DNA of 64,000 nt from Dehalococcoidia bacterium (GCA_965219085.1 OZ244720.1:704001-768000), one strand, 5' to 3'; positions 28,715 through 38,989 are shown, counted from the stretch's first letter. A program made the numbers and translations. The notes: generated by a model from the letters alone, not told the origin.

Positions 28715-30472
28715 ATGCGAGAACACGAGGTTCCCACCCACGTGCAGGCCGAGGACCGCGTCCTGCTGTGGTTCACGTTTCCCCAGATCGTGGCGATGAC
28801 GGCCGTCTGCGCCCTCGCCTACGGCGTCTACCGCTACGCCCCGTTCGGTCCTTCCGAGGTGCGCATGGCGCTGGCCGTGCTCTTCGGGCTGGCGGGGCTG
28901 GCGGTCGTCGCGGGGCGGATCGGCGGCAGGCGGCTGCCGCTCGTGGCGGCCGACCTGCTGCGGTACGGGCTGGGGGCGCGGCGCTACGCCGGGCCTCCGG
29001 CCGAGCTGGTGCGCAGCGAACAGCCCGCGCCGGCGCAGCCCGCCGAGCGGAATGCCGATCCCGTGCGGCTGCTGGCGCGGCGCGTGCTGCGCCGGACCCG
29101 CCGCGTGAGCCAGCGGCGCAAGGAGGGCGAGCGCCGCAACGGGCGCATGCCCTTCCGCCCCCACCGCCTCTTCGGCAAGCGCCGCCGCGGCGGCGAGGAG
29201 CCCGAGAGCGACAAGCGGGCAGCGACCCGGGAGGACCGGGAGCAGCGGCTCGGCTCGCAGCGGCGAGGCCGGCGCGGCTTCTGGAAGACCTTCCTGGCGG
29301 CGGCCGCGCTGGCGCTGGTCGTCCTCACCGCCCTGCCGCTCGCGGCGGCGCTCGCCCAGGAGCCCGGCGGGGAGGGCTGGAGCTCGGACGAGATCGAGTT
29401 CCAGCCCCCGCCGGAGGTTCCCGGGCGGCGGCTCTTCGTCGAGGAGCTGACCGTCGGCGGCGAGCGGGCCGAGGTCGTCCTGCGGGCGGCCACCGACCTG
29501 GACCTGCGGGTGCGGGCCTACGGCGGAGCCGAGGGGCGCTCGTCCCGCTACTACGCGCTGGCCTCGCTGGAGGCGGGCGAGCGCGTCCGCTACGACCTGC
29601 CCCTGCATGGCCCTTCCCCTTCGCTTGTCTTCTCCTGGCAGGACGAACTGGGGCAGGCCGGGGCCGTCAGCCTCGACGGTGAGCGGCTCCCCTGGCCGCT
29701 GCCCGCCGTCACGGGCGAGCTGTGCGTCCTGCGCGTCGTCTCGCTCGGCTGGACGCCGGGGGCCGTCGAGGGGGCGATCACCTCGGAGTGCGTGAGCACG
29801 ACCGAGGAAGCGGTCGTCCTGCAGACGGTCACCGGGCACGCCGACGTGACCACGACGGCCCTGCTGGAAGGCGAGGTCGTTGCCGTCACCGGGACCATCA
29901 CGGTCGGCGGAGACGGCTCTGAGACGAGCGTCACGTTTGTCACCGGCGGCAAGACCCGCTTCCGGCTCCCGGTCGCGGCGGGCGAGGCCGTCCACGCCCT
30001 CGCCATCGAGGCGGACCTGGAGGCGTCGCTGCGCATCGCTCTGCCGCCGCTCGTGGAGCTGACGCACTACCCGCGGCGCGTCGAGCAACTCACGGAGACG
30101 GCGGAGGTCAGCATCCCCGCCTTCGGCGACACCGTGACGGAGACGTTCGCGGTGCCCGGCGAGGACGGCGCCTTCACGGAGCACAGCGTGACGGCCAGCT
30201 GCCACGTCCCCGCCTCGACCGTCCGCCAGGACGTCGTCTTCAGCGTCGTCCACGACGAGCGCGTCGAGGCCGCGGTCACGGAGCGGGCGCCGCTCGCGCG
30301 CAGCCGCGAAGAGGCCCTGGCGCTGGCATCGAGCATCCGGGCAGACGACGCCTACGTGGCGCTGGTCGTGCCGGAGCCCGAGCCCGAGCCGGACCCGGTC
30401 ACGCAGACGCCCGCCGGAGACGGCGAGCTGCGGGGTCTCTTCGACCAGCTCGGCTGGGAGTGGGTCTGGTGA
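28715..30472 (+). CDS. PrgI-like N-terminus fused to a large extracellular domain
   Basis: HEVPTHVQAEDRVLLWFTFPQ plus two TM helices, an Arg-rich linker, a further hydrophobic segment and a beta-rich region. Confidence 0.65.
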   Translation: MREHEVPTHVQAEDRVLLWFTFPQIVAMTAVCALAYGVYRYAPFGPSEVRMALAVLFGLAGLAVVAGRIGGRRLPLVAADLLRYGLGARRYAGPPAELVRSEQPAPAQPAERNADPVRLLARRVLRRTRRVSQRRKEGERRNGRMPFRPHRLFGKRRRGGEEPESDKRAATREDREQRLGSQRRGRRGFWKTFLAAAALALVVLTALPLAAALAQEPGGEGWSSDEIEFQPPPEVPGRRLFVEELTVGGERAEVVLRAATDLDLRVRAYGGAEGRSSRYYALASLEAGERVRYDLPLHGPSPSLVFSWQDELGQAGAVSLDGERLPWPLPAVTGELCVLRVVSLGWTPGAVEGAITSECVSTTEEAVVLQTVTGHADVTTTALLEGEVVAVTGTITVGGDGSETSVTFVTGGKTRFRLPVAAGEAVHALAIEADLEASLRIALPPLVELTHYPRRVEQLTETAEVSIPAFGDTVTETFAVPGEDGAFTEHSVTASCHVPASTVRQDVVFSVVHDERVEAAVTERAPLARSREEALALASSIRADDAYVALVVPEPEPEPDPVTQTPAGDGELRGLFDQLGWEWVW

Positions 30473-30786
30473 GGCGGCTCACGACCGCCCTGCTCTTCGC
30501 CGGGGTCGCGCTGGTCACCACCGGCGCGGCCCCGGCCGAGGAGCTGGCAATGCTCAACGCCTTCGACGAGGCGCTGACGGCGATGGCCTACGCCGCCGCC
30601 GGGGTCTGCGTCTTCGCCATCGTCTGGGCGGGCTTCCTGCTCATGGCCGACGGCGCCGACGAGCGCGGCGGCGGACGCGCGAAGAGCGCTGTCTTCCTCG
30701 CGGTGTTTGGGCTCGCCCTCGTGCTCTCGGCCAAGGGCGTGGCCGCGCTGCTGCGCCTGGGCGTCGTCCCGATCCCGATCCCCTAG
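30469..30786 (+). CDS. Second TrbC/VirB2-like pilin
   Basis: Signal-like N-terminus; IVWAGFLLM..G..RAKSAVFLAVFGL. Confidence 0.65.
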   Translation: MRRLTTALLFAGVALVTTGAAPAEELAMLNAFDEALTAMAYAAAGVCVFAIVWAGFLLMADGADERGGGRAKSAVFLAVFGLALVLSAKGVAALLRLGVVPIPIP

Positions 30787-30805
30787 CACCAAGGAGCACA
30801 CCCCC

Positions 30806-33109
30806 ATGAGACCACTACTCGAACTCGCGAAGCGCGCGGCGGCGATCCTGCCCGGCGGGGCCGCCGCCCAACGGATCGAACCCGAGGCGGAGACCCCGGT
30901 GCCGAAGCCCCCGCCGGGGCTGCCGCTCGCCTTCATGCTCTCGCACCTGGAGGAGGACGGCCCGGTACGCCTCGACGGCGTGAAGCTCGGCGTCTGCGAG
31001 GTGCTGGGCCTCGAGCTGGACGAGCCGAAGCTGGGGGCCTTCGCGGGCGCGCTCAACGCCTGCGACTTCCCGTTGCAGCTGCTCGTGCGCCAGCACCCAC
31101 CCGGGCTCGGGAAGCTGCGGGAGGATCTCGCGGAGTCACAGCCCGAGGACCTGCCCCCGCAGACGGAGGCCGCCGCGGACTCGCTGCGGCGACTGCTGGG
31201 CGAGCTGGAGCGCCGCGACGGCATCCTCGACCGCCGCTTCTACGCTGTCTGCGAGCACGAGCGGATAGGCGAGCTGCGGGGCCTGCTGGCGCGGGCCGGA
31301 CTCTCCGTCCACCCGCTTGTGGGCCGCCAGTTGCGCATGCTGCTGCTCGCCTCGGCCCTCGGCGGCTCGCCGCGCGAGATCGACGAAGACACGCCCACCG
31401 AGGTCACGGTCAACCGCCGCGACATCCGCGTCGGGGACCGCCTCGTGCGCTCGCTGCATCTCGGGAAGTGGCCGCGCTCCCTCTCGCCCGGCTTCCTCCA
31501 GAACCTGATGGCGACCGGCGCGCCGATGGACCTCTCCCTCCACCTCGGGCCGATCCCCGCCGCGCAGGCGGCGCGCACGCTGGAGTGGCAGAAGGTCCGC
31601 TTCGAGTCGGCGCAGAGCCTCTCCTTCAAGCGCGGGCGCTCGATGTCCTCGGAGGCGGAGATCGCCCTCGAGGACGTGATGCGGCTGCGCGACGAGGTGC
31701 AGCGCGGGCGCGAACGCCTCTTCCACGCCTCCCTCTCGGTCACGCTCCACGCCGATGACGAGGAGTCCCTGAAGGAGCTGACCCAGCGGGCCAAGGCCCA
31801 CTTCGCGGCCTCCCTGGGGAAGCTGGACGCCCTTCCCTTCCGCCAGCGCGAGGGCCTGCTCGCGACGCTGCCGCTGGCGCTCAACGCCGTCGCCGTCTGG
31901 CGCACGCTCGACACCTCGTCGCTGGCCCGTCTCTACCCCTTCTCCCCGCCCGACCTCGACACCCGTGGCGGCACGCTCTACGGCATCGACATGCGGGCGT
32001 CGTCGCCCGTCGTCTACGACCCCTGGGACGGCACGCACCTCAATGCCAACACCGCCGTGCTCGCGCGCTCGGGAAGCGGGAAATCGTTCGCGACCAAGCT
32101 GGGCGTGCTGCGCGGGCTCTGCCGGGGCGTCACCGCCTACGTGATCGACCCCGAGGGCGAGTACGCGGACATGGCCCGCGCCGCGGGCGGACGCGTGCTC
32201 TCGCCGGGCGTCGCGGGCGAGGGCATGAACCCCTTCGTCATCGACTCGGGCGATCCCGAGGAGCTGCTGCTGCGCATCGGCAGCCTCAGGCGGCTGATCG
32301 AGGTGATGATCGGGGAGTCGCTCGGCGCCGAGCGGCGAGCCGCCCTCGACCACGCCCTCGCCGCCTACTACGCGCAGCCGCGCGAACGCACCGGCTTCCG
32401 CGACTTCTACGCGTTCCTCAAGGGCGACGAAGCCGATGGCGACCCCGGCCTTGCCAGGCTGCTGCGGCCCTTCGCCACGGGCAGCCTCCGCCACCTGCTC
32501 ACCGACGAGGGCGACGACCTGCTCAAGAGCGAAGCGCTGGTGACGGTCTTCGACCTGCGGCTGCTGGAGCCGGAGCTGCGGCCGGCCGCAGCGATGGTCT
32601 GCACCGAGACGGTCTGGGCCGCCGCCGCGCGCGACCCGAAGCCGCGATTGCTGGTCGTCGACGAGGTCTGGTCGATCATGCAGCACCCCGAGGGCGCGGC
32701 CTTCATGGTCTCGCTGGCGAAGCGGGCGCGGAAGCACCGGCTGGGACTGCAGTTCATTACCCAGGACGTGCAGGACCTGCTCTCCGAGGACCCCTCGCGC
32801 GCGATCACCGGCCACTCGGGTCGCGCGCTGCTTCAGAACGCCGCCTTCAAGCTCCTCCTCCAGCAGGACGCCGCCGCCATCTCGACCGTCGGCGACGCCT
32901 TCGACCTCCCCCAGGACCTGCAGCGCTGGCTGCTGTCGTGTCCGCGCGGCGACGGGCTCCTCCTCGCCCGCGGCAACCGCTTCCCGATCCGCATCGAGGC
33001 GACGCCCGAGGAGGCGGAGCTGATCGAGTGGCGGCCCGGCTCGCACCGGCAGGGCAGCGCGACCCCAGCGCCGCAGGAGCCGGCCGTTCCCGAACCGGGC
33101 GACCGATAG
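30806..33109 (+). CDS. VirB4-like T4SS ATPase
   Basis: Walker A ARSGSGKS, VIDPEGEY, Walker B LLVVDEVW, KRARK..ITQ. Confidence 0.9.
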   Translation: MRPLLELAKRAAAILPGGAAAQRIEPEAETPVPKPPPGLPLAFMLSHLEEDGPVRLDGVKLGVCEVLGLELDEPKLGAFAGALNACDFPLQLLVRQHPPGLGKLREDLAESQPEDLPPQTEAAADSLRRLLGELERRDGILDRRFYAVCEHERIGELRGLLARAGLSVHPLVGRQLRMLLLASALGGSPREIDEDTPTEVTVNRRDIRVGDRLVRSLHLGKWPRSLSPGFLQNLMATGAPMDLSLHLGPIPAAQAARTLEWQKVRFESAQSLSFKRGRSMSSEAEIALEDVMRLRDEVQRGRERLFHASLSVTLHADDEESLKELTQRAKAHFAASLGKLDALPFRQREGLLATLPLALNAVAVWRTLDTSSLARLYPFSPPDLDTRGGTLYGIDMRASSPVVYDPWDGTHLNANTAVLARSGSGKSFATKLGVLRGLCRGVTAYVIDPEGEYADMARAAGGRVLSPGVAGEGMNPFVIDSGDPEELLLRIGSLRRLIEVMIGESLGAERRAALDHALAAYYAQPRERTGFRDFYAFLKGDEADGDPGLARLLRPFATGSLRHLLTDEGDDLLKSEALVTVFDLRLLEPELRPAAAMVCTETVWAAAARDPKPRLLVVDEVWSIMQHPEGAAFMVSLAKRARKHRLGLQFITQDVQDLLSEDPSRAITGHSGRALLQNAAFKLLLQQDAAAISTVGDAFDLPQDLQRWLLSCPRGDGLLLARGNRFPIRIEATPEEAELIEWRPGSHRQGSATPAPQEPAVPEPGDR

Positions 33110-33192
33110 GGATGAGCAGGGAGGACGCAGCGATGACCAGCACGGCCCGGCCGTAACGCCAACCCGACCAACACACCGAGAGGAACACCAAG

Positions 33193-35772
33193 ATGAGACT
33201 CAACCCCTTCCGCAGAGCGACGCCCAGGCCGCCTGTCCTGCTGGCGGTGACGCCGCCGCGCTCGGGCGAGCGCACGCTGCTCGGCGTCGAGAACCTGCTC
33301 GCCTCGATCGCCGTCCCTGAACCCTTTGCCCTCGAGCTGGCCGGCGACGAGGACGGCGTCACGCTCATGGCGCGTTGCCTCGACGAGCAGGTCGTGCGCG
33401 GCCAGATCGCCACCCACTACCCGCAGGCCCGCATCCAAGCGCTGGAGCCGGAACAGGATCCCCTGCGCCTCGCCGAGGGCGAGCAAGCCTGGGGCACGAC
33501 CGTGCGCGCGAGCGGCCCCGAGTATGTCTCCCTGCGCGTCTTCCGCGACGACGACCTGCTCGACGCCGGCTCCGACCCGCTCCTCTCCCTGCTTGGCGCG
33601 CTCTCGTCGCTGCGGGAGGGCGAGCGCGTCGTCGCCCGCCTGCTGCTGCGCTCGCTCGGTCCCGACTGGTCCCAGGCCCACCAGCTCAAGGCCCACCAGC
33701 GGCCCGTGCAGGAGCCGCATGACAGCGCCTACACGAGCCAGGTCCGCCAGCACCGCAACGACGGCGTGGCGATGGCCGTCCTCGGCGCTGGCGCCATCGC
33801 CGCCATCAAGGGCTACCAGTGGTGGCAGGCTGGCGAGACCTGGAAGGCGGTCGCCCTCGGCGGCGGCATCGCCCTCACCCTCGCGGCCGCTGGCTGGGCC
33901 TGGGCGCGCTTCCAGCGCGCCCGCAACCGCATCCACGACCCGCTCCTGATCAAGGAGAAGGTCTCGCGCATCGCCTTCGACGCCGAAATCCAGATCGTCG
34001 CGATCCTGCCGGCGAAGAGCGCGAAGGACGGGAGGCGACGGGCGCGGGAGCTGCTCGAGCCGGTGGCGGCCGCCTACCGCCACTACGACCACCCCGCGGG
34101 CGCCCGCCTGCGGGCCGGGAAGGTGCGGGCCGTGGCGCCCGACCCCGCCCTGCTGCACCCTTCCGGCCCCCGGCTGCTCGGCGGGCGCAGCGTGCTCGGC
34201 GTGCGCGAGGCGGCGGCCCTCTGGCATCCGCCCGGCGCGCGCGACGAGACGCCGCTCGTGGAGCGCTCCGGCGCCAGGGTGCTGCTGCCCTCCGCCCGGG
34301 GCGTCAGGGGCGGCGCGCACGTGGGCGACACCACCGCGGGCAATCCCCGGCCCGTGCACTTCCCCGACGACCTGCTGCGCCGCCATCACTTCTACGTGGC
34401 GCGTACGCGCATGGGCAAGTCGACGCTCATGCACCACCTCGTCGTCCACAAGCTCCGCGAGAAGGCGGCGGGCCGCGACGGTGACGCGATCGTCGTCGTC
34501 GACCCACACGCCGACCTCGTGGGCGCCCTCCTCGGGCAGGTGCCCGAGTCGCTCGCCGGCCAGGTGCGCCTCGTCGACCTCGCCGCCCCGGGCGGCTACC
34601 CGGGCATCAACCTGCTCGACACGCGGGTTTTCGCCGACCGCGACCGCACCGCCGACTCGGTCGTGCGCGTGGCGAGGGGCCTCTGGGAGCAGTGGGGCCC
34701 GCGCATGCAGTCGATCCTCGAGCAGACCGTGAAGACCCTGCACGAGGCCAACGCCCACCCCGCCACCGCCGCCGACGAGCAGCACACGATCCTCGACGGC
34801 CTGCCGCTGCTCTCCGACGACGGCTTCCGCGGACACGTCCTGGAGCGGGTCTCCGACCCCTTCCTGCTCGACTGGTGGGCGCGCGACTTCGGGGGCTGGC
34901 GACGCGAGTACCGCGCCGAAGCGCTCGCGCCCGTGCAGACGCGCCTCTCCTACTACGCCTCCTCGAAGCGGGCGCGCGCCATTCTCGGTCAGCCCCGCTC
35001 CACCATCGACCTCAGGCGCACGATCCTCGACGGCGGCATCCTCTTCGTCTCCACCGCGCAGGGCACGGCAGGGCGCGACGTCGCCGCCCTCGTGGGCGCG
35101 TCGATCCTCAACCTCGTCGACGCCGTCATCCGCGAGCAGGGTGACCTGCCGCCGGAACGGCGACGCGGCGCGCTCGTCGTCGTGGACGAGATGCAGTCGA
35201 TGCCGGGCGTCGACTACGAGTCGATGCTCTCCGAGCTGGGCAAGTTCGGGGCCTCGTTCGTGCTCGCCACGCAGAGCCTCGACAAGCTCGAGGACCTCTC
35301 ACGCACGATGCGCAACACCCTGCTCGCCAACGTCGGCTGCCTCGCCGTCTTCCAGGTGGCCGGCTCCGACGCGCGCGAGCTCGTCTGGGAGCTGGACCGC
35401 GACCGCATCTCCGAGGAGGACATCGTCTCCCTGCCCGTGCACCACTGCTACGTGCGCGCCACCGTGGGAACGGAGCGCATGCCGGCCTTCTCGATGCAGG
35501 TCCTCAAGCCGGAGGAGGGCGACGCGGATGTCGCCGCGGGCATCCGCGCCGAGGCGTCCTCCTACCTCCTCACCGAGGAGGAGATCGCCGCCGGCCAGGC
35601 GGAGGGCCGCAGGCGCGTGGAGGAGTACCGCAAGGGCGTCGAGGCGCTCCGCGCCGGCGAGGCTCCCCCGGCAGCGCAGGGCGACGGCGCGTCGGTGGAC
35701 CCCGTGCGCGGGAAGCCGCGCAGCAAGCACTTCCAGCCGCCCGCCGGGGGCTCCGGGGAGGATGAGGCGTGA
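33193..35772 (+). CDS. VirD4/TraG-like coupling protein
   Basis: Internal TM pair, ARTRMGKST, VVDPHADL, VVVDEMQ, LATQ. Confidence 0.85.
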   Translation: MRLNPFRRATPRPPVLLAVTPPRSGERTLLGVENLLASIAVPEPFALELAGDEDGVTLMARCLDEQVVRGQIATHYPQARIQALEPEQDPLRLAEGEQAWGTTVRASGPEYVSLRVFRDDDLLDAGSDPLLSLLGALSSLREGERVVARLLLRSLGPDWSQAHQLKAHQRPVQEPHDSAYTSQVRQHRNDGVAMAVLGAGAIAAIKGYQWWQAGETWKAVALGGGIALTLAAAGWAWARFQRARNRIHDPLLIKEKVSRIAFDAEIQIVAILPAKSAKDGRRRARELLEPVAAAYRHYDHPAGARLRAGKVRAVAPDPALLHPSGPRLLGGRSVLGVREAAALWHPPGARDETPLVERSGARVLLPSARGVRGGAHVGDTTAGNPRPVHFPDDLLRRHHFYVARTRMGKSTLMHHLVVHKLREKAAGRDGDAIVVVDPHADLVGALLGQVPESLAGQVRLVDLAAPGGYPGINLLDTRVFADRDRTADSVVRVARGLWEQWGPRMQSILEQTVKTLHEANAHPATAADEQHTILDGLPLLSDDGFRGHVLERVSDPFLLDWWARDFGGWRREYRAEALAPVQTRLSYYASSKRARAILGQPRSTIDLRRTILDGGILFVSTAQGTAGRDVAALVGASILNLVDAVIREQGDLPPERRRGALVVVDEMQSMPGVDYESMLSELGKFGASFVLATQSLDKLEDLSRTMRNTLLANVGCLAVFQVAGSDARELVWELDRDRISEEDIVSLPVHHCYVRATVGTERMPAFSMQVLKPEEGDADVAAGIRAEASSYLLTEEEIAAGQAEGRRRVEEYRKGVEALRAGEAPPAAQGDGASVDPVRGKPRSKHFQPPAGGSGEDEA

Positions 35773-37442
35773 GGCCCGAGCGCGACCTGCCGCGGCTGCT
35801 CGCGGCCATGCCTTTCCTCGACCGGCTGGAGCTGGTCGCCGTCTCCGGCTGGTCTCGGGGCGCGGTCTACGGGAGCATCCGGGCGCTGGAGGAGGCGGGG
35901 CTCGTGGCCTCCCTCCCCCACGCCTCGGAGCTCGTTGCCCCGACGCGCCGCTACGCCCTCACTGCGGCCGGCCTGCGCCGCCTCGCCGCCGAGGAGCGCG
36001 TGGGCATGCACGAGTTACTGCGCTCGCGGCCCCTCTCGGCGCATGGGCGGCGCATCCTGCTGGAGCGGCTCGACGCCGTCGCCGTCATCTACCGGCTCGC
36101 CTCCGAGATCGCCAACCTCCACTACCCGATCCGCTTCCGCTGGTACCGGGCGATGCCGATGGACGCCGCCATCGCCCTCCCGGACGGCCGCACCGTCGCC
36201 GTCGTGCGACAGGGGCATACCGCCGATCGCACAGCCTACGCCAAGCGGCTCTGGCGGCTGCGCGAGGGGCCGCGGCCGGGCGCGTTCCTGCTGCTCGCAC
36301 CCGATGAGGTGCGCCTCCGGCACACGCGCCGGCTGATGACGGGAGCGCCCGCGCCCGCCTTCCTCGCCCTGGAGCGCGATGCGATCTCGTCAGGGCCGGG
36401 CGCCCGCATCTGGCGCACGGCGTCCGGCTCGCCCCTCCTTGGGCTCGGCGAGGTCCTGTCCCACGTCGCGGCGCGCGGCGCGTGGCCCGAGGAACAACCG
36501 CCCGCTCTGGCCTCGTTCCCGCGCGACCTGCCTGCCGATCCCCCGGGGTCCCCTGCCGACTGGATGCTCCCCGCGCTGCTCAAGCCCACCGAGAAGCGCG
36601 TCCTCGACTTGCTCTGCGACTGGCCGTGGATCACGCCCGCGCACCTCGGCGTCCTGCTCGGGCTCGGACGGTCGCGGCTCTCCGCGATCGTGCAGCGGTT
36701 GGAGGCGATGGGCCTGCTGGTCGACTCCGCTGTCGCCGGCCGCCGCCGGCTCGGCCTCAGCGACCGCGGGCTGGCGGTGCTCTCCCGGCGTGACCGCGCG
36801 TCTGTGGGCGACGCTAGAAAGCGCTGGAGCATCGCACCCCTCGATCCCGGCGCCGCCGGCTGGCGCAACGTCTCCGGCCGGCGCAGCCGCCAGCTCCTGC
36901 GCAACATCGAGCACACCGCGTCCGTGCACGCCTTCATCTCGGCGCTGGCCGAGCAGGCGCGGGCTTCCAGCTGGGAGGTCGGCGAGCTCGACCCTCCGCG
37001 CCGCGCCTCGCGGTACTTCCCCTACGACGACCGGCTGCACTCCATCCAGCCCGATGCCTTTGGGATGCTGCACCGCGGCGACGAGATTTGGCCCTTCTTC
37101 CTCGAGTGGGAGCGGCGCGCCGTGCACCCGGCCACGATGGCGGCCCGCCTCGCCCCCTACCTGCGCTACTACGCCTCCCACCGGCCCACCGACGACCACG
37201 GCGCCCGGCCGGCTGTCCTCGTCGTCTTCGACGACGAGCTCGCGGCGAACCACTTCCTGCGCGTGGCGCAGGGGGAGCTAGAGCGCGCGAGGGTCGCGGT
37301 GCCGCTGCGAGTCTCGTTCGAGCGGCTCCTGCGGGCAGAGGGGCCGCTGGGACGTGCCTGGCGCGTTCCGGGCGCGCCTCATCAACAGGCGGGGCCGCTC
37401 TCCGGCCACGCCGTCGCCTCCAGTGGGGATTCCGGGCGCTGA
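35769..37442 (+). CDS. Replication-relaxation (Replic_Relax/MOBC-like) protein with two tandem modules
   Basis: Two wHTH-like segments; PDAFG..FFLEWER (D..ExE) in the second module; GTGA-coupled to the coupling protein. Confidence 0.75.
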   Translation: MRPERDLPRLLAAMPFLDRLELVAVSGWSRGAVYGSIRALEEAGLVASLPHASELVAPTRRYALTAAGLRRLAAEERVGMHELLRSRPLSAHGRRILLERLDAVAVIYRLASEIANLHYPIRFRWYRAMPMDAAIALPDGRTVAVVRQGHTADRTAYAKRLWRLREGPRPGAFLLLAPDEVRLRHTRRLMTGAPAPAFLALERDAISSGPGARIWRTASGSPLLGLGEVLSHVAARGAWPEEQPPALASFPRDLPADPPGSPADWMLPALLKPTEKRVLDLLCDWPWITPAHLGVLLGLGRSRLSAIVQRLEAMGLLVDSAVAGRRRLGLSDRGLAVLSRRDRASVGDARKRWSIAPLDPGAAGWRNVSGRRSRQLLRNIEHTASVHAFISALAEQARASSWEVGELDPPRRASRYFPYDDRLHSIQPDAFGMLHRGDEIWPFFLEWERRAVHPATMAARLAPYLRYYASHRPTDDHGARPAVLVVFDDELAANHFLRVAQGELERARVAVPLRVSFERLLRAEGPLGRAWRVPGAPHQQAGPLSGHAVASSGDSGR

Positions 37443-37518
37443 GGGCGGCGCGCCGTACGCTGGCCGCTGTTGGGGTCACCCGGCAGGCGGCGGGGACAGG
37501 CGCTCCCGCAATGGGACG

Positions 37519-37842
37519 CTACGCGACCGCCCGACCCGCCTCCAGGCGCTCTGCGCAGGTGGGACACACGGCGGTACTGGGCTCCCCGGCCGCCGGCAGC
37601 AGGTGATGCAGCAGCCCCAGCTCGAGGGCGAGATTGAACAGCGCGACCAAGTGCCCCTGGTCCGGTCTCGTGCCCGACCGCCAGCGCCGCACGCAGCGGG
37701 CGTTCAGGCGCAGCCGCCGCGCAAGCCCCCGCCACGACAGCCCGGCCGCCTGCAGGAAGCGCTCCAGCCGCTGCGGGAAGTCCGGCGGGAAGGGCGATGG
37801 CTCCACATGGTAGACCCACTGCTGTTGCCGACCCACGTTCAC
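37519..37842 (-). CDS. XRE-like HTH protein
   Basis: FPQRLERFLQAAGLSWRGLARRLRLNARCVRRWRSG. Confidence 0.7.
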   Translation of the reverse strand: MNVGRQQQWVYHVEPSPFPPDFPQRLERFLQAAGLSWRGLARRLRLNARCVRRWRSGTRPDQGHLVALFNLALELGLLHHLLPAAGEPSTAVCPTCAERLEAGRAVA

Positions 37843-38096
37843 GCCGTCCCACCGCCGGAGCCAGCCGCCTCGGCATCGAGAACGGCCAGCGTCAGCCGCA
37901 TCATGGTGCACATGCCGCCTTCCGTCAGGCCCGGCCGCGGGGCCGCCTCCTCCAGCCGCTCCTCGAACGCGCACAGCTCGATCGCGAACTCGTCGGGCGA
38001 AGCGTCAGCGAGCTCGTCCATTCGCCGCACCCACGCACCAAGTTCCTCCGGGAAGGGCGGCGCGCGGAAGTCCGCGCTCCGATCTCGACGTTCCAC
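37839..38096 (-). CDS. Small hypothetical protein
   Basis: Tightly packed in the operon; GTGA overlap. Confidence 0.5.
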   Translation of the reverse strand: MERRDRSADFRAPPFPEELGAWVRRMDELADASPDEFAIELCAFEERLEEAAPRPGLTEGGMCTMMRLTLAVLDAEAAGSGGGTA

Positions 38097-38101
38097 GGTT
38101 C

Positions 38102-38392
38102 CTATCTCCCCCGTCGGTATACGACGGTCACGTCCTCGCCCGTCAGGGCCGCGAGGCCCCCGGGCACGCGCATCGCCAGCCGCACCAGCGAGAGCATCGC
38201 CCCGCCGTTGGGGGCCGCCCCCTGACGCCAGCGCAGCAGCTGGCGGCTGTCCACCCCCAGCGCCACGGCCAGCCCCTCCCAGGAGAGCCCTGTCAGCTCC
38301 TTCAGCGCCGTCAGCCGCTCGACGAAGTCCTCGGGGACCAGGGCGACGCCCGGCGGAAACGACGCGACGGCCGCGGGACCTCCGCTAGACAT
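38102..38392 (-). CDS. XRE-like HTH protein, paralog of 37519-37842
   Basis: FVERLTALKELTGLSWEGLAVALGVDSRQLLRWRQG. Confidence 0.75.
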   Translation of the reverse strand: MSSGGPAAVASFPPGVALVPEDFVERLTALKELTGLSWEGLAVALGVDSRQLLRWRQGAAPNGGAMLSLVRLAMRVPGGLAALTGEDVTVVYRRGR

Positions 38393-38627
38393 CGGTCCGC
38401 TCAAGGAAGAACAGTTCGTCGAACTCGGCGATCCCGAGCTCCGCCATGAGGCGCGCCCGCACCTTCGCCGAGGGGCTCCGCCTGCCGCTCATCAGCTGCG
38501 ACAGGTAGCCAGGGTTGATGCCGACGCGCCGCGCCAACTCGGTCTGGGTCATGTTGTGGCGGGCGAGGTGCTCCCACACGACCTCGGGCCTGAGCCTCAC
38601 CCGCAGCGACGGCTGCCTGCGCTTCAT
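38385..38627 (-). CDS. XRE/Cro-like HTH regulator
   Basis: MTQTELARRVGINPGYLSQLMSGRRSP. Confidence 0.85.
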   Translation of the reverse strand: MKRRQPSLRVRLRPEVVWEHLARHNMTQTELARRVGINPGYLSQLMSGRRSPSAKVRARLMAELGIAEFDELFFLERTDV

Positions 38628-38821
38628 GCCGCGTCGTCCCTCCGCGGCGGCTCGCTGCCGGCTCGAGTGTCGCAGCCGGACGTGGGCGGTTGCCCCGCCG
38701 CGCCGTCTCCGTAACCGTCGGGGTGGGCGAGGGCGTGGCGCGCGATGATGCGGGCCAGTGCCCGCAGGCCCTCGAGGCGCATTCGCTCCTGTTCGTCGGT
38801 CAGCCGCTGCTTCGTACTCAC
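38624..38821 (-). CDS. Small hypothetical protein heading the regulator operon
   Basis: EGLRALARIIAR amphipathic helix; ATGA overlap with the XRE gene. Confidence 0.6.
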   Translation of the reverse strand: MSTKQRLTDEQERMRLEGLRALARIIARHALAHPDGYGDGAAGQPPTSGCDTRAGSEPPRRDDAA

Positions 38822-38899
38822 GCTTGGGTCCCACTGAACAACTCGCTGCCGGCACCGCGCGGGGTGACAGGCTTGTGAACCACGGGTGTACACTCGGAT

Positions 38900-38913
38900 A
38901 GTACATCCGTTCG
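38900..38913. promoter_or_regulatory. LexA/SOS-like box upstream of the regulator operon
   Basis: AGTAC-ATCC-GTTCG. Confidence 0.5.
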
Positions 38914-38989
38914 TTTCACGAGAGATTAGCGATTCTCGGGCGCCGAGGCAACAGTTCTGTGACCGATCCGGCCTTTTTGCAAGGAATTG

